A DNA stretch of 62,985 nucleotides, filler included, from Choristocarpus tenellus KU-1152 (GCA_964200185.2; 12 parts of 12 records of this genome joined end to end with filler, not necessarily neighbours in it), one strand, 5' to 3'. Positions 25,434 to 39,087 are shown, counted from the whole stretch's first letter. Made by a program: numbers and translations. Notes: a model not told the origin generated them from the letters alone.

Positions 25434-28400
25434 ATGCACCGGGCAGTTTACGCGAACATTGGTCCTCGATTGGAACACTTTGTTGATTGCCGTCCCCATG
25501 GCTTGGGGCAGTTGGATCACCACAATAACACACCTTTGCTGCTGGCAATCAAGCTGGGTCGGACCGACCTTGCCCTGATGATGGTGAGGGCCGGGGCGGA
25601 GTTGGACATGCCGAGTGATGAGGCCTTCCATTTGCTGGTGAGGAGGAGAGGGAGTTAGTTAGTTACACAAGAGTTTTGATTTTTTTTTTGTTCTATATTT
25701 TGTGTGTTAGTGATTTAGGTTTTTGAGTCTAGGGGATGGGATGAAGATGTTTGTTTCCAGGTTTGGTGTGGGTGATGCCATCTAAGAGGGCATCGTTGGT
25801 GAGTTTTAAGGGTTCCTATTGCTGACTGCCTTGCGATGTTTGTGTTCCTGAGCACTGTGGGGGGTGCTTTTGGGTAGCAGTAGTAGAGTGTTTTCATAGC
25901 TAAGTTTCTCCTAACCACACTACAGGGTGGGTACAGCTGCAGTTCAGGTGTAGATACTGTAGTAAATTGCAAAATATTTTTAGAGAGCCTTGAGACCCCC
26001 CCAAAAAAGGCAAAATCGGCCTCCTTCTCTGATGGTTTCATTCCAATTTGGTTTGAAGTTGAGAAGATTTTGAGTTTGGTACTGGGGTTGGGGTAAGGGT
26101 TTCAACACCATTGGGATCTTGCGTTATGTTTTGGGTTGTGGTGTTCTAACACTTTGTGCATGTCATGCGCCAGCTGTGTAGGATCGAGTAGATTTTATCA
26201 AGATGAACTTTTTACTTGGTTGGTCAGCAACCGGGTTTATGATGCAATGGTCTTACTGTTATTATTTTCAACTGCGTCAAAGGTTCATCTGGACACAAGA
26301 TAAGGGCTCAGTGTTCCCACATACAGCGTGTAGCAATGCGCGTCCAAAACATTCAACGTAGTATTTATGAAGGCGTTTTATGCATTGGAGAGAGTCATTT
26401 TGTTGGCAGGGAACATACAGGGGCTGCATAGTAACTTGTGGCTGTTTTGTTTCAGCATCGTGGTGAGACTTGTGTGCTTGGGGGACTGCAACTGTTAGAA
26501 GGTTGTCCGACCCGGCCCATTGCCAGTTAGGAATCTGATCATTGCCACCTCATAGATCCGTCCATCTCGCCAAAGGAGTTCTTATAATCAAGCCTGGCCT
26601 AGTTCACACTCCATAGGGTTTTTATACATAATAGTATGGTTTATCTATGTGGACTCACTCAGGATTGTGTGTCAAGGGTCAGGTTGCGCTGGGAGGTGGT
26701 TCAGGGTCAGGTGGTCAATTTTTTAAAGCATTTTTTCAATGGTTCTTTGGGGTGGGTGCTCAAATCGCTCATGCTGTTGAAGAATGCTGTTGTTAACTGG
26801 AGAGTTGTTGCCTTTTGTAGTAGTAGCGTTATCATATACGAAGTGGAGTTTGTGGTATTTGGACTGAGGTAAGAAAGGAGAAATTCTCGCCCCCACACAC
26901 CTCCCACACCTCCTTCCCTTCTTGCTTTGTTTGATTGCTTCTTGTCCATATTTTAACAAAACCCACTGGCATGAACTTTAGTGTTGGTTGCTCCGCCTGT
27001 TTGGTGCGTGGACCTCTAGGAGGGACTAAACATATTGGAAGTGGTCTGGTAATGTAGTGTTTCTTGTGGAGATTCAGTATTATGAAGTTAGGATGATACA
27101 TTCCCACAGGGCTCACAGGTGCTGTACCATAGTACTATTTATATGTGATTCTGCAGGGTATGCGTATGCTACCACAGTAGGATGTGGTACCAAAGGGTAT
27201 GGGTGCTATTCATTCTGTGCCATATTATGTTATAGTACCACATGGCTCAGGTGCCCTTATCACAATACAATGCGGTACCACAGGGTATGGGTACAGTTAC
27301 ATAGTATGTTGCTGTACCACAGGGTACAGAAACCATATCCTGTATTATGGTGTGCTGCACTGTACTGTTACTGTATCGAGTCAAAGTGTATCTTAGGGTT
27401 AGGGTACAGCTGCATCCGTTTGGGGACCAAAATCCAATGATGTTGCGATTTTGATGTAGTTTTGGCTATCGTGTTTGTTAGGAAGTGTCAATACCCTTGT
27501 TCTGGACACACCTTTTCACAATGTATAAATTTTACCTACTCTGAAACATTTCAGAGTAGGTGAAAGTCGTAAAAAAAGAATAACCTGTGGGAAGTCAAGA
27601 CCCAAATGGACAAACAGGGCAAAACTTGTACCCTCTAAGATAGTTTCACTCTACCGTATTGTGATGTGGGACTGCGAGGTGCAGGGTTTCTCTTGCATAC
27701 TAGGCTGCCTTAAGAACAGAGGTTCACAGCCTGAGGTTAGTTCTGTGCTTAAAGATGACAAAAGTACAAGGAGCAGTGTGTTGACATTGTTGCCAGGGTG
27801 GTTTGCTCTAGAATTGCATGTTTTTTATCTGCATATCAGAAGGGAGTGAGGGTAGGGTGTGAGTCTTCCGTTTTTTTTTTGTTTTGGTGTAACTGTGTAG
27901 TACCTTGCAAACGGTTTGGCAACGCTTGTTCTATGCCAGTAGAATGTTCTTTCTCATTTACTACAGAATATTCTTGTACACGACTATAGAATGTTCTTTC
28001 TCATTTGCTACAGAATATTCTTGTACAAGACTATAGAATGTTCTTTCACAGTACTATAGGATGTTCTTTCTCATTTACTACAGAATATTCTTGTACAGTA
28101 CTATAGAATGTTATTTTACTCCAGCACTGTAGAGCGTTAAATTTTTCTTTTGTTCCAGGGAAAAAAAAAATCTGTTTGTAGGCTTTGTCATAATAGAAAT
28201 TCTCCTAAACCAAGAATAGTTCCCTTTTATTGACTTACCAATAGTTCATTTAAAAATAAATAAATATATATATATATATATATATATCCTTTTGGGATGC
28301 TGGTATTTGTATGATTTTTATACATGACTTGGGAATTCCTTCTAAGGGGGATGTTGTGTGTGTCTGTCTGTAAACGATAATAATGTAGGATGAGACCATT

Positions 28401-29874
28401 GTCATGGGCGATGAGCACCTTCTGGTGGAGGTGTACTCTAGGCTGCAGAGGAAGGCATGGGGGAGGTGGAGGGAGAAGGTGCCTCGCCTTCTGTCCCTGA
28501 TGGAAGACAGCATTCCGGTGAGAGGCAGAGATAGAGGAGACATGGAACATGGGATCTCTTGTTAGGTTTACACGTTTGCGAAGTAACATGTTTGCTTTGC
28601 TCTAGAGCGGCAGCAGCGGTAGATTTTTTTGTTCCAGGGTGCTACAGAATGAGCCCGTGCCGCTGTGGTGTGTGTGTTTCTGTGTGTGTCTGTGTGTGTC
28701 TGTTTTTTTTTGCTTTATTGATGGAGGGTCACTAGGGTAGGTTGTGCAAAAATATGTACGGAGATCTTTTCTGTCTTTGGAGTGAAAGATGAGTTTAGTT
28801 TTTCATTAAGTTTTGCGTTGGGGTTAGGGTTAGGGTTAGGGTTAGGGTTATACAAGAGAACAACTGGTTCTGTTGTATACACTTAGAGGGTATGGGGAAG
28901 GATGTTTTGAATTCTACTGCATCGCTCATATTTTCTTAAATTTTTACTTCTCTTTATTTATTGTAGACAGGACTGTTTCATTTGAAAAAAAAAATGTTTA
29001 TATTGGAATTTCTTTTTTTAATATCATTTACCCTCGTTTTTTTTTTTCTTCTTACATATCAACATCGAGATGAATGGACCCTTCTTACAATACCGTTCGT
29101 TCTTTGGAATTTGAAAAATATAAAACTGCGGAAGTGAGGTGGATAAGTCGTTGACTTTCAAGTGAAAAAAAAACAAAAAATATATAATTTATTTTTTGTG
29201 TTCATTCGCTACGGATAGTGATATATGGAGGTGTACCCCCCCACAAGATACTGCTGTATAGAGCCTTGTACAATTGGGTTTTGACCACCATTGGTATAGC
29301 GTATCATTTCACTGTAAGGCATGTCTTGAGAGGTGGAAATGATGGTGGGATTTGTCATAATCCAAACTGACCTGCCTTATTGACTGACTTGTCTTTTGTT
29401 TCCAGTTGTCTCATTGGTTGACTTGCCCTCTTTGCAGTCACCTTATTGGCTGACTCACCTTTTGTCTCCTGGGTCTCCTCGTTGACTGCTCGTTTTTTAT
29501 TGCATTTTTTATGGTTAGAATCTGAATCGACTTTTTTGTTATCATTGCAACGTTTTTTGTTTTGTTTTGTTTTGTTTTGTTTTCAATGTTACAAGTAATC
29601 GTTACATGGGAGAATCATTTTCATCACACTAGTTTTTTAAAGAGTTAGGTGAAGGTGTGCGTCTCTACCATGCTCATGTTTATGTTTGTTATGTGTGTGT
29701 GTGTGTGTGTGCCCACTGCCTCATTGTTGTGTAAAAAGGACTTCTACATGGAGATGCATTGGAAATTTGAGTGTAGCAATGTTCTAGCTCCCATTGTAAG
29801 GGCTGTTGCTCCTCATGATCAGTATCGGATTTGGAAGAAGGGCTCTTGGCTCCGAATGGACTCCACCATCACAG
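25434..29874 (+). CDS. ANKRD13: ANKRD13-family protein (ankyrin + GPCR-chaperone-1 domain), partial; exons 25434-25637, 28389-28517, 29739-29874
   Basis: Phase-0 joins. NTPLLLAIKLG (ankyrin); PDFYMEMHWKFECSNVLAPIVRAVAPHDQYRIWKKGSWLRMDSTITG matches the ANKRD13 signature DFYxEMxWxF...PxDxYxIWKxGxxLRxDxT. Confidence 0.87.
27378..27651. mobile_element. MITE family A (reverse orientation, intronic)
   Basis: TIRs and body match; flanks TATC/TACC. Confidence 0.9.
27941..28110. repeat. Intronic minisatellite, ~47-bp unit, 3-4 copies
   Basis: AGAATGTTCTTTCTCATTTACTACAGAATATTCTTGTACA.GACTAT repeated. Confidence 0.85.
28821..28850. repeat. Interstitial telomere-like (GGGTTA)5; shorter tract at 31583-31600
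   Basis: Direct reading. Confidence 0.85.
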
Positions 29875-30219
29875 GTACAAAACACTTGAAGAGGAACAAT
29901 ATATATATATATTTATTTATATTTATATTTATATTTATTTATATATATCGAGAAGAAGAAATCTAATTATTAGTAACAGTAATGATAGTAATAATGATCT
30001 TTTAGAATTTTCTGTAACTGAAGACGAGGTGGTGTGGATTTTCCGTGTGATGCATGTGTGATGTCTTTTGATGTCTGTTGTAAGGTAGATTTATTATTTA
30101 CTCTGGAGTACAAGGTGTGAAGTAAGGAAGTGTTCCTCTTGGCAGGGTGGGTGACCAAGCCACTGATTCTCTTTATAGCCTTTTGGCCGCATGCTCACCC
30201 TTAGCACATCATGAGCATA

Positions 30220-30388
30220 GGTTCAAAGTATTTAGGGGGTGGAGGGTTCTACACCGGGGTGTCCATTTGGACCCTGACCAGGAGAAGTGCACTTACATGC
30301 AACCAAATTCACCCAAAAATCGCGACATGGAAAAATGAGCCCCAAACAGACAGCCGCCGCCACCCTCCCCCCCCAGATACTTTGAGCC
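30220..30388. mobile_element. MITE family B
   Basis: TIRs; 3-bp flank ATA/ATA. Confidence 0.87.
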
Positions 30389-31312
30389 ATAAATGCCNNN
30401 NNNNNNNNNNNNNNNNNNNNNNNNNNNNNNNNNNNNNNNNNTTAATTAATTAANNNNNNNNNNNNNNNNNNNNNNNNNNNNNNNNNNNNNNNNNNNNCCC
30501 ACACAAGTCACACACACACACACAGATACTTTGACCCTTTTTTTTTTTTTAGTACTATTATCTCTGTACCCTGTGTGTACCCTGTATGAATACCCCCAGT
30601 TTTTCACTTGATACTTTGAGGGGATTGCACAGGATCGACGATTGGACAGTGGTACGGCCCCATAACGTTTCTGAGTGCCCTGGAACGGCCCTGTTAAAAC
30701 AAATATCTTTTTTACACGGGTCAACCCCATCAGCAGAAGGCCTGACCAGGGCCGTAACTGCCACTGTCGTTATCATAATACACCCCTTTTTTTTATCTAT
30801 GAAATCACAAAGTGTGTTGATAGATAGCGTAGACTGACTTCCTGCATCAGAACCCTGTGGCCGTTGTAGCCCTCCATACATGATTTACCCACAAACAAAC
30901 CCACCTGGCTCCGATTGGCCTGCCTGGCTGAGACGCGGCTCAGCCCTTTTGAAACATAGCTTTGCTTGAGCCTGGCCTCGACCCAATCTCATCGGAGGCG
31001 TGTTTCGAAGACCGCTGTGCAGCAGCAGCAGCAGCAGCCCCTTTTTTGAATACATTTTTTTGATCTCAGTGCTCTCAGCTGATTTTCGATGTTCCTGTTA
31101 TCCGTCCCGTGTGTGTTCTTGTTTTTGGCACCTTCCAGGGGTGTACTTATTTTTTCAGGGTTATTGTTCTTGTTTTGTGTGTATTAACATACAAAAAAAT
31201 GTTTTGTTTTGTTCTGTTCTGTTCTGCGGTAGGCCAGTACTAACAAGTAGGAAGTATGGTACTGTACTGAACCACAGGTATGATTTTATCCTGGGACTCG
31301 TGATAACAATTC

Positions 31313-31347
<35 letters not shown>

Positions 31348-32170
31348 GTAATAGTAATAGTAATAGCATTAGTAGTGATAGTAGTAATAATATATTAAGG
31401 GTTAGGTAAGGGAGGTTGCAGGGGTCGAAGAAGAGGTGTCCTATCAGCTCAAAGTGTCGTGTTTTATTGTTTATGGAACTGTAGGTACTTCTATTGACGG
31501 TTCTTTTTTTGGACCATGTTATCTTGGCGCAATGGAAGTACTTGAAGTACTTGAAGGTAGCTGCACAGCGTGCACTAGTGCAGGGTTAGGGTTAGGGTTA
31601 GATTTACTGGGATTGCTACTCCCCCCCCCTCCCCTCGCTTACTCGTAGATTTTTTTAATTGATCAATCAAATGGGGATATTCCCTGGACTTTGGTGAATC
31701 GTCTGTCAGCACTGAGATAAGCGTCTACATTACTTTATTATCCTCTTGTGTGCATATACATGATCAACAAGAAGGAATGCATGGACAAGGTAATGTAGAT
31801 ACAATGGGTTCGTTAGATCCACCACCAGAGGTGTAACAGGCTTCCCCCAGTCCGGGTAGACGAGTTTTAAAGACCTACTACACAGCTACACACACACACA
31901 CAGACATAACTACTTGTGTTGGGGCTTGTGTTTCAATTCCTTCTTATGTTGTGCTGAAAGAACCTAATATGGTTAGGGTTAGAAATATATTGTATGTACT
32001 TGTATGTACTTCAAAGCAGTGTGTGAAGAACAATTCAAACAAGACTATCAGACCCAACTCTGCTCAACCCCGCCCTTGTGGTCTTCCCTCCTGATTATGC
32101 TTTTTAACCCATGCGTATATCTCACCCATCCATGGAATATGTGTTTGACTGGGGCAACGCCAGCCTGGTA

Positions 32171-32400
32171 GAGGTGCTTGTTTCCTGTTCTTGCTGTTGG
32201 GGGTATTCAGTGCCACCTCCGCACTTGTGGGATGGATCTCACTCCTTGCTCTACCACCGCCTTCCACTACTCAAGGGGAACAAGGTCAACAGCCCCATGG
32301 GAAAGGTGGTGGTGTTGTGACCTTTGAGGCCTCTAGTGTAGCAGACGGGATGGTACCATCTCAAGGATACAGAGGTCACAAGTTTGGAAAGGGGGACTGA
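32171..32400 (+). CDS. Possible terminal exon of a membrane protein
   Basis: After an AG, open frame GACFLFLLLGVFSATSALVGWISLLALP (one TM helix) plus polar tail to TGA; no family motif recognised. Confidence 0.3.
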
Positions 32401-33148
32401 CAGATGAGCGGTCGCCACCTGATGATGAGAATGTGTAGGCTTAGAGTAGTCAAGGGCACCGCCAAGGTGTAGAAATATGTATGATGTTGTGAAGAAATGG
32501 AGTATACCTCTGCTGCACTCTTTTTCTTTTTCCTGCTGGATCTTTAAGAGCAAGAAGTTTTCGTCTTATGTGCACAACAGTCAATCGGAATTACCTTGTT
32601 TTAGGTGCAACGTGTGTGTGCTTATATTTATGTACGGAGGCAGAACTACAGTTGCTGGTGATTAAAGTAGGACTTGTGTAAAAGATGTTTTCTTTTTTGT
32701 GTGTGCGAATCGATGATTGGCTTTAGTCCATGATATGTCACTAATGAAATAGTACTTGGACTGATTGCTTATTGGTTGGTATTGTAGTTAGAATATACTC
32801 ATTCAATAGTCGATTTTTTTTTCTGCAAGCCCAGTATATTGGCAGGATGTTATTTTTACGCCATTGAGAACCTTCGTCAGCACTGACTGAGAGAACGTAT
32901 TTTTCACACGTTATTATCTATACATGACGGAAATTAATATGGAGTATAGCTAGTAATACAAATGAGGTAGAGTACCCCCCACCAGGTAAGTCTTCTTTCT
33001 ACCACCTATAATCCCTCCCAGGACTGTCTTCAGGATTAACCGAGGGAGCTGTTTGAGGCTCCAATGTCCTCCCTTTCTCAACTTCTGTCTTGATCAAAAT
33101 CTTCACTACGTACGTCCAGGAATAGTAATCTACCGAATTAATCTGCCA

Positions 33149-33160
33149 GGTTATGAGCCT
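33149..33160 (+). mobile_element. Isolated Copia-type PBS after CA (possible LTR end)
   Basis: CA|GGTTATGAGCCT, same as the other two PBS; no coding remnant found downstream. Confidence 0.4.
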
Positions 33161-33340
33161 TTCTTTACACTGTGTAACGGTTTATGTTAACATTCCGTTC
33201 AATGTTGCGTACTCCAGAGTACGTACATAATCAAGTATGTTTTGGATTAGAGTGTCACGAGCATTGCACAGTGTTCTGCATGTGGAGTGGAGTTTTACAG
33301 GCACTCCAAGGTGTTGTGGACATGACATAGTGCAGATTGT

Positions 33341-33595
33341 GACCCAAAGCATTTAAAAGAGGGTAGGGTACCGCGTCCATTCAGGATCATAAATCCAATG
33401 TTGCTATTTTCATGAATTGTGGCTATCGTGTTTGTTAGCAAGTGTCAACATCCTTGCTCCGGACACACCTTTCATAGTCGCATGCATTTTAGGTAACTGT
33501 GTTCACACAGAAAACCGAAAAAGGGCGTAAGAAACCTGTGGGAACCCAAGCGCCGAACAGACGCAAAATTCCTACCCTCTTAAATGCTTTGGCTC
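33341..33595. mobile_element. MITE family A, diverged subfamily
   Basis: TIR CCAAAGCATTTAA.AGAGGGTAGG; perfect 4-bp flank TTGT. Confidence 0.85.
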
Positions 33596-34364
33596 TTGTT
33601 ATGTTGTGCAAGGTGTACACTCTTTTCCGTTTTTGACAAGTCGTTAATTTAACATAAGAATTCTCTTCTTTTGGTGATCGATTTTTTGTTCCTATCACTA
33701 GACATGAACCAGTGGGTGTTGCAACCCCCCTTTCTCTCTAGTCCAGTTGCTTTGCGAAACACTACTCCACACCTTGAATTGAAGTAAACGAGAGGTACCT
33801 GTTCGTAGATAGTGCTGCTGATCCACGTAGACACCACCGGTGGATTATGCAATAGGATGGAGAGCCAGTGACATATACCATAGGTCCTGACTCATCGTAG
33901 TGTCCATTGATTAGAGTGTTATGTTCAAGATACACTTACCATACTTAAGACAAGTAAATTAAATGATTCATAGTAAATTAGTGTGGACAATTGCAAAACC
34001 CACACTATAGGAATAGTAAAGATTGTTTAGGCTTGTCTCACCCACATATTCAGTCAACGGATTTGAGACCACAAGCCCCTTGTAATACTAACATTGCACA
34101 TCTACATCAAGCTATTCACTGTCCTTCATCAAAGCACCAAAGCCGCGGGTCCAGTGTGGGATATTTCAACAATGCCCAGGGTATTTTTGGCGGTTGTTCT
34201 TTTTAAGCAATTTTTTCAATCTTTTGCAGTTCATGTGAGAGTTATCTTCCACAGAAGGTATACCNNNNNNNNNNNNNNNNNNNNNNNNNNNNNNNNNNNN
34301 NNNNNNNNTTAATTAATTAANNNNNNNNNNNNNNNNNNNNNNNNNNNNNNNNNNNNNNNNNNNN

Positions 34365-36180
34365 CCGTGCTGAGCCAAAGAAGAGTGACTACTCGGCCTC
34401 TTCGTCCTCAGGCAGTGGGGGGGAGGGGGGGAAGGGTGTGGGGGGTGGAGGGGGAATGGACCTGGATGAAGAGGACCTGAAGATCATTGAGGAGACCAAG
34501 AAGAAAGGGTATTGCTATTTCCGCCGGACACTGAGTGAGCAGGACAAGCGCTTGCTGGAAGAGGAGCAGAACAAGCTGAGATCGGTGAGAGGAAGTGTTG
34601 AGGTGGTTCTGAAGACCCTTAAGTTCAAACCTGAGACTGTTGTTGTTATAAGGATCTTGTTTTGTGTGAGTGTGTGTGAGTGTGTGTGTACGTGTTGTTG
34701 GGTGGAAGAAGAAACTGTAATTTTTCTTTTTTGTGCTTTTTGTAATTATTATTATTATTTACCTTCTTTTTTTTTCATGCCTTTTCCTCATCTCTTATTC
34801 AGTTCAAGTGTTTTTTTCTGCCTGGCCTGCCTTGCCTGCCTTAAGGTATCTAGCCACCCGTGTGCGATCATTGATTGGTCAATTGATCGTGTCGAGACTG
34901 ATAGTATCCTACTTTAGGTACATACACTATTTTTAATTTTTTTATTTAGTGTTTGACCAATCAAAAAAGGTTATTTTTGATCACAATCTACCCTAGAGTG
35001 TTACTCAACTCTGTAAGATGTGGTAGTGAGTAGGAAGGCGGTGTGTGGTGGAGAGGGTATCAAAAAGGCTTTCGTATTTTGGTATCAGCATGCCTTGTGA
35101 GTTTTGGCTCTGGTGTTCCAAGGCAATGGTGACTGTGAGGGGTGAGGTTGCTCAATAAGAGTTCAACCCCAACCCTAACCCAATCTCTGAAATTGCAAGA
35201 AATAAGATGGCAAGAATTACAGTCGTACACACTGCTGGCATTATTATTATTTATTTTATTATTATTATTATTTCTGTTTAAAAAAAAATAAGAAAGGAAT
35301 TTTTGTAGGCGTTGTGGGAAGTATACACTACATGTTCATATGACCGTAAAAATGGATTTGAGGAGTTTGGAGTGGGTTTGAGGTTGGGCAGGAGCGAGGG
35401 GGGGGAAGGAGAGGGAGGTGTGGCATTGTAAGGTGTGTTGTTTGCTTGTTTTTTTTTCCAATGCAGAGGATAAGTTGATGCCATTACTATTATACTAGAA
35501 GGTGGAAAAAAAGAGATTTGTGTGTGAAAAGCGCCGATAACCTGATACTGCCATCATTTATTTTTTTTAATGTAGAATTCAATTTGTGGGCATGGACTAC
35601 AAGATTTGTCGCGGCTGCTATTGTAGGGGTATTGTGGCATCAGTTACGAGGTGTGTTGTACTTTGGTGGTGGTACTGGTTGTACGTGCACTTACTGTTGC
35701 GCAGGGCTTGTACTGGTTCCTGGTAATGGTGAACCGTGAACTGTGATCCTGAACTTGCCATCACGACCGACCCTATTCTTTGACGACAAGGTCAATGGTG
35801 TCAGTTACCATCACATACTTTCAGGTACATGTGCTCTTATAATGACAACATTTATTTATTTTATTTATTTTATTGTTGCTGCTATAGTTCCTATCACTAT
35901 ATTGTGTTTTTACATTGCACCGGACCCTTTCTTGTGCTCCAACACGGCATCCCCTACCTCAATCCACTGCCCCCAGCGCGCTTCGCCTGTCCCAATTATG
36001 GATCCTGGTGCAAGCCAGACAGTGGACTCCGTGGACTCTGGCGCAGAGTCTGGACCTGGGACTGGGGTACGGGGGGGCAAGCAGTCCGGAACTAGGTCGG
36101 CGTGGAATGATGCTGGAACCTGGGAGGAGATGGACAAGACAGAGTGGTGCAAGGAAAAGATTACTCAGGCTCTCATGTCA
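34365..36180 (+). CDS. Aha1_N-domain Hsp90 co-chaperone-like protein, partial; exons <34365-34584 and 35977-36180
   Basis: Phase-0 GT-AG intron. SAWNDAGTWEEMDKTEWCKEKI resembles the start of Aha1_N domains (WxEkD.t.W.K); upstream KKKGYCYF motif. Confidence 0.7.
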
Positions 36181-37123
36181 GTTGGGGGGTGAACTGATGA
36201 ACACTGGGGGGGGGGGGATATTAATGTCTTCTTTCGTTTTAAGGCGTGGAGAGGAGAGTCAGGATTTCTTTCGTTTTTTTTGTGTGCTGATGCATATTTC
36301 TACTGGTACCTGTATTTGTACCAGTATGTGGTACTGGCACCTGTTGGTCAATAAGGTGTGCCAAAATGTGCCAACCCACAGGTGTATTCAAGTGATTGAA
36401 GACACCACATCGTTGAAATATTTCTTCTTCCCCCTTCCCACCTAGCGATATCGAACTCTTTTTTGTTTTGTTCTTGAAAGTGTTAAAAAAAAACCCAGAC
36501 TGTGCGACCTTTTTTTTTTATGATGGCTGTTTGAAAGAGTACTACTGGATCACTTTTTTTGTTGTTTTAAACCTGTTTCACTTTTGATGTGTAATAGGGA
36601 CTGTTGTACGTTGTTTGAAGCGTTCCTCTGTCTGCCATAGTGTCGTACAGACTAGACATACATTCTGACATAAGGCATCAGTGAACAGTTTTTTTCATGC
36701 GTTGACTGTGATTTAAGGCAACTGCTCCAAGCCGCACTTTCCTTCCTAATTCTAAATAGAAAGGCACTATCTTGGCACTATCTTGTTATTGGTTGAAGTT
36801 TGGTTTGTTTGTTTTTGCAAACAAGATTGTTTTATCCAAGGTTTGCTTGGTTAAATGAATGTATGTATGGTCCTTCTAGTGATATGGGTTGGGTTGCCTT
36901 AGTTTGTGCAGGGTACGGACCAAGAGTTGCCAAGGACCAGCTTGACAGCGGGGTCAAAGTACCTTGGGGGGGGGGGGGGGGTTTGTGGGGGGGCGTCCGT
37001 TTCGGCCAAACAACCCTTTTTTTNNNNNNNNNNNNNNNNNNNNNNNNNNNNNNNNNNNNNNNNNNNNTTAATTAATTAANNNNNNNNNNNNNNNNNNNNN
37101 NNNNNNNNNNNNNNNNNNNNNNN

Positions 37124-37185
37124 ATGATTCCTCTTCCTTCGTAGTCTATGTATCATATACAATGCATTCGATTCAGGTTTCAACA
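37124..37185 (-). mobile_element. Probable LTR terminus (TGTTG...) shared with 48692-48753
   Basis: 62-nt exact reverse-complement match between two contig edges; identity stops precisely at TGTTG and the flanks differ. Confidence 0.7.
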
Positions 37186-37684
37186 GCTATCAATAGTGTA
37201 CTGGCCAATAAAGAGTTGTTAAAACATGGGCTACTCATTTTTTTTCTTGATACGATACAGTGCCACCAGTCCATGCTGACTATTGACTGGTCCGCTGTAC
37301 TGGTCGTTACTTTCACTTCCATCACTAGCTCATCATTACAACGCCATCAACTATCTTCAGAACACCGCAGTACATACGAAGCATCAGAACAGTCGCTACA
37401 CATCACACACACAGACATAATATGTGTCGCTTGAGTTATATCAGATATTGATTCAAGTTTGTTGTGTTCCTTTGTTTTGGTTTTTTTCTTCTTCTTAACA
37501 TCAGAAGACTCCAGTTGCATGTCAATTGTTGATTAATATTTTTCTTAATTGGCATTGCCCCCTCATTAGACACCAACCTCACTCTGCTATAAGTGCACCT
37601 GATACACAACACTATGACACCTCTTCGCATAACAAACTAACCATTTCACACGAAAGCACGACTCATTTGATTCAAATTTCAACA

Positions 37685-39087
37685 GGTTATGAGCCTCAAC
37701 ACTTGATCGACACATACTACACCACATTTGCCCGACCTTGTCTTGTACTACCTGTCGAATAACCTAGTGTTTTCCTTAAGTTGAATGTGCTGATACAAGT
37801 ATATAACATAGGGTTCATGTACGGTTATATTTTGTTTGGTACAATACTAGTCATAACGTGCAAACGGTATGATGAGCCAGTGTTGGACACTTAGCGGGCA
37901 ATTAATGATTCAGTGTATGTTTTACCATGTAACTCAACCAGCGACTTTGGGCGACGAGCCTTACATACGCTACGTTTATCAACACGCTTATAAGCGCCCT
38001 GATCAACAAACTCTAGCTAGGGGAGGTGCAGCCGGACTGAATTGGTTTGAGTCGGTTAACATCACTCATGGCTCCTGACGGGTTTCATACCAAACTTCTT
38101 CAGTTGTCTGACGAAAATTACGCAGAGTGGTTCGCCACTACACGTGGCTTCCTGGGTGCCGAGGGCGAAATTGACGAGGCGTTGGAATATAGGGAGGACC
38201 CTATCAGGGTGGGTGACAGAGATTTCATCAAGGGGTAAGATGTGGATGAAGAAGAGGTAACCAAGGCCAACGTCCTGCTGAGGAGTACCAGCGGGTTTTA
38301 CAGGTGCATTGTACGCAATGCACTATCACGCTCAGAGGCTTGGAGGCAATGGAAGGAGAATTTTCTCATTCACTCAGATGAGGAAGTAGCACGGCTCCAG
38401 AAAAAGATGATGAACGTCAAAATGCAGCGAGGGTCCGACCCCCAAGTCACCTTCACTATGATGTTAGATTGGGTTGGGCAGATGGCAATGATGGGGCATG
38501 TAATGTCCGAACAAGTACTACAAATTGCCATGCTGGACTGTTTGGATGACGACTACCAAACCACCAAACATTATCTACAACATCATAATACGGGTGAGCG
38601 TTCGATGGTATCGACTCAAAATGCCGCTCGTTCGAGATGCTTTTCGATCCAACGGGAAGTAGCTGATTGCAGAGAGTCAGCGAGCGCTCTTGCTGCTGGG
38701 ACCATAATCTCAATGAGGAGCTTCCAGATGGCCAGCCGAGGAGGCGGCCTGAGTACGACTGGTCACCTTACAGCCCCTGGTTCGACAGGATCCCATACCA
38801 CGGGCCAGACCAAGGCACTTGATAAATGTCACAAGTGCGGATTGGCTAGACACGCAGGTACTTGCACATATAGAGGACTGTGGTACATCTGCTGGAGCAG
38901 AGGCCACCAGCAAGCTATTTGCCCTCAGAGGAGGGTGGTACTACCAAAAGGGGTGGGAGTTTAAGTCGCCAGAGGAGCGACTCCGTTAAAGTCAGCGGAA
39001 GAACTAGCTGGATCGGAGGAACCAGCTAGGACAGTATCTAGGACAGTATCTAGGATCGTATCTACTCTCAGTCCAAGAGCTGGGGGG
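37685..39087 (+). mobile_element. Ty1/Copia-type LTR element remnant: PBS (37685-37697), degenerate gag (38068-38964, TAA at 38236), G-rich PPT-like tract before TGTTG at 39088
   Basis: ...TTCAACA|GGTTATGAGCCTC; LSDENYAEW; UBN2-like helices (MSEQVLQIAMLDCLDDDYQT); two zinc knuckles CHKCGLARHAGTC and ICWSRGHQQAIC. Confidence 0.8.

Noticed and set aside
27941-28110. CRISPR-like repeat array
   Set aside because: Head-to-tail units with no unique spacers, intronic, and no cas genes.
28821-28850. True chromosome end
   Set aside because: Only five units, inside an intron between collinear exons.
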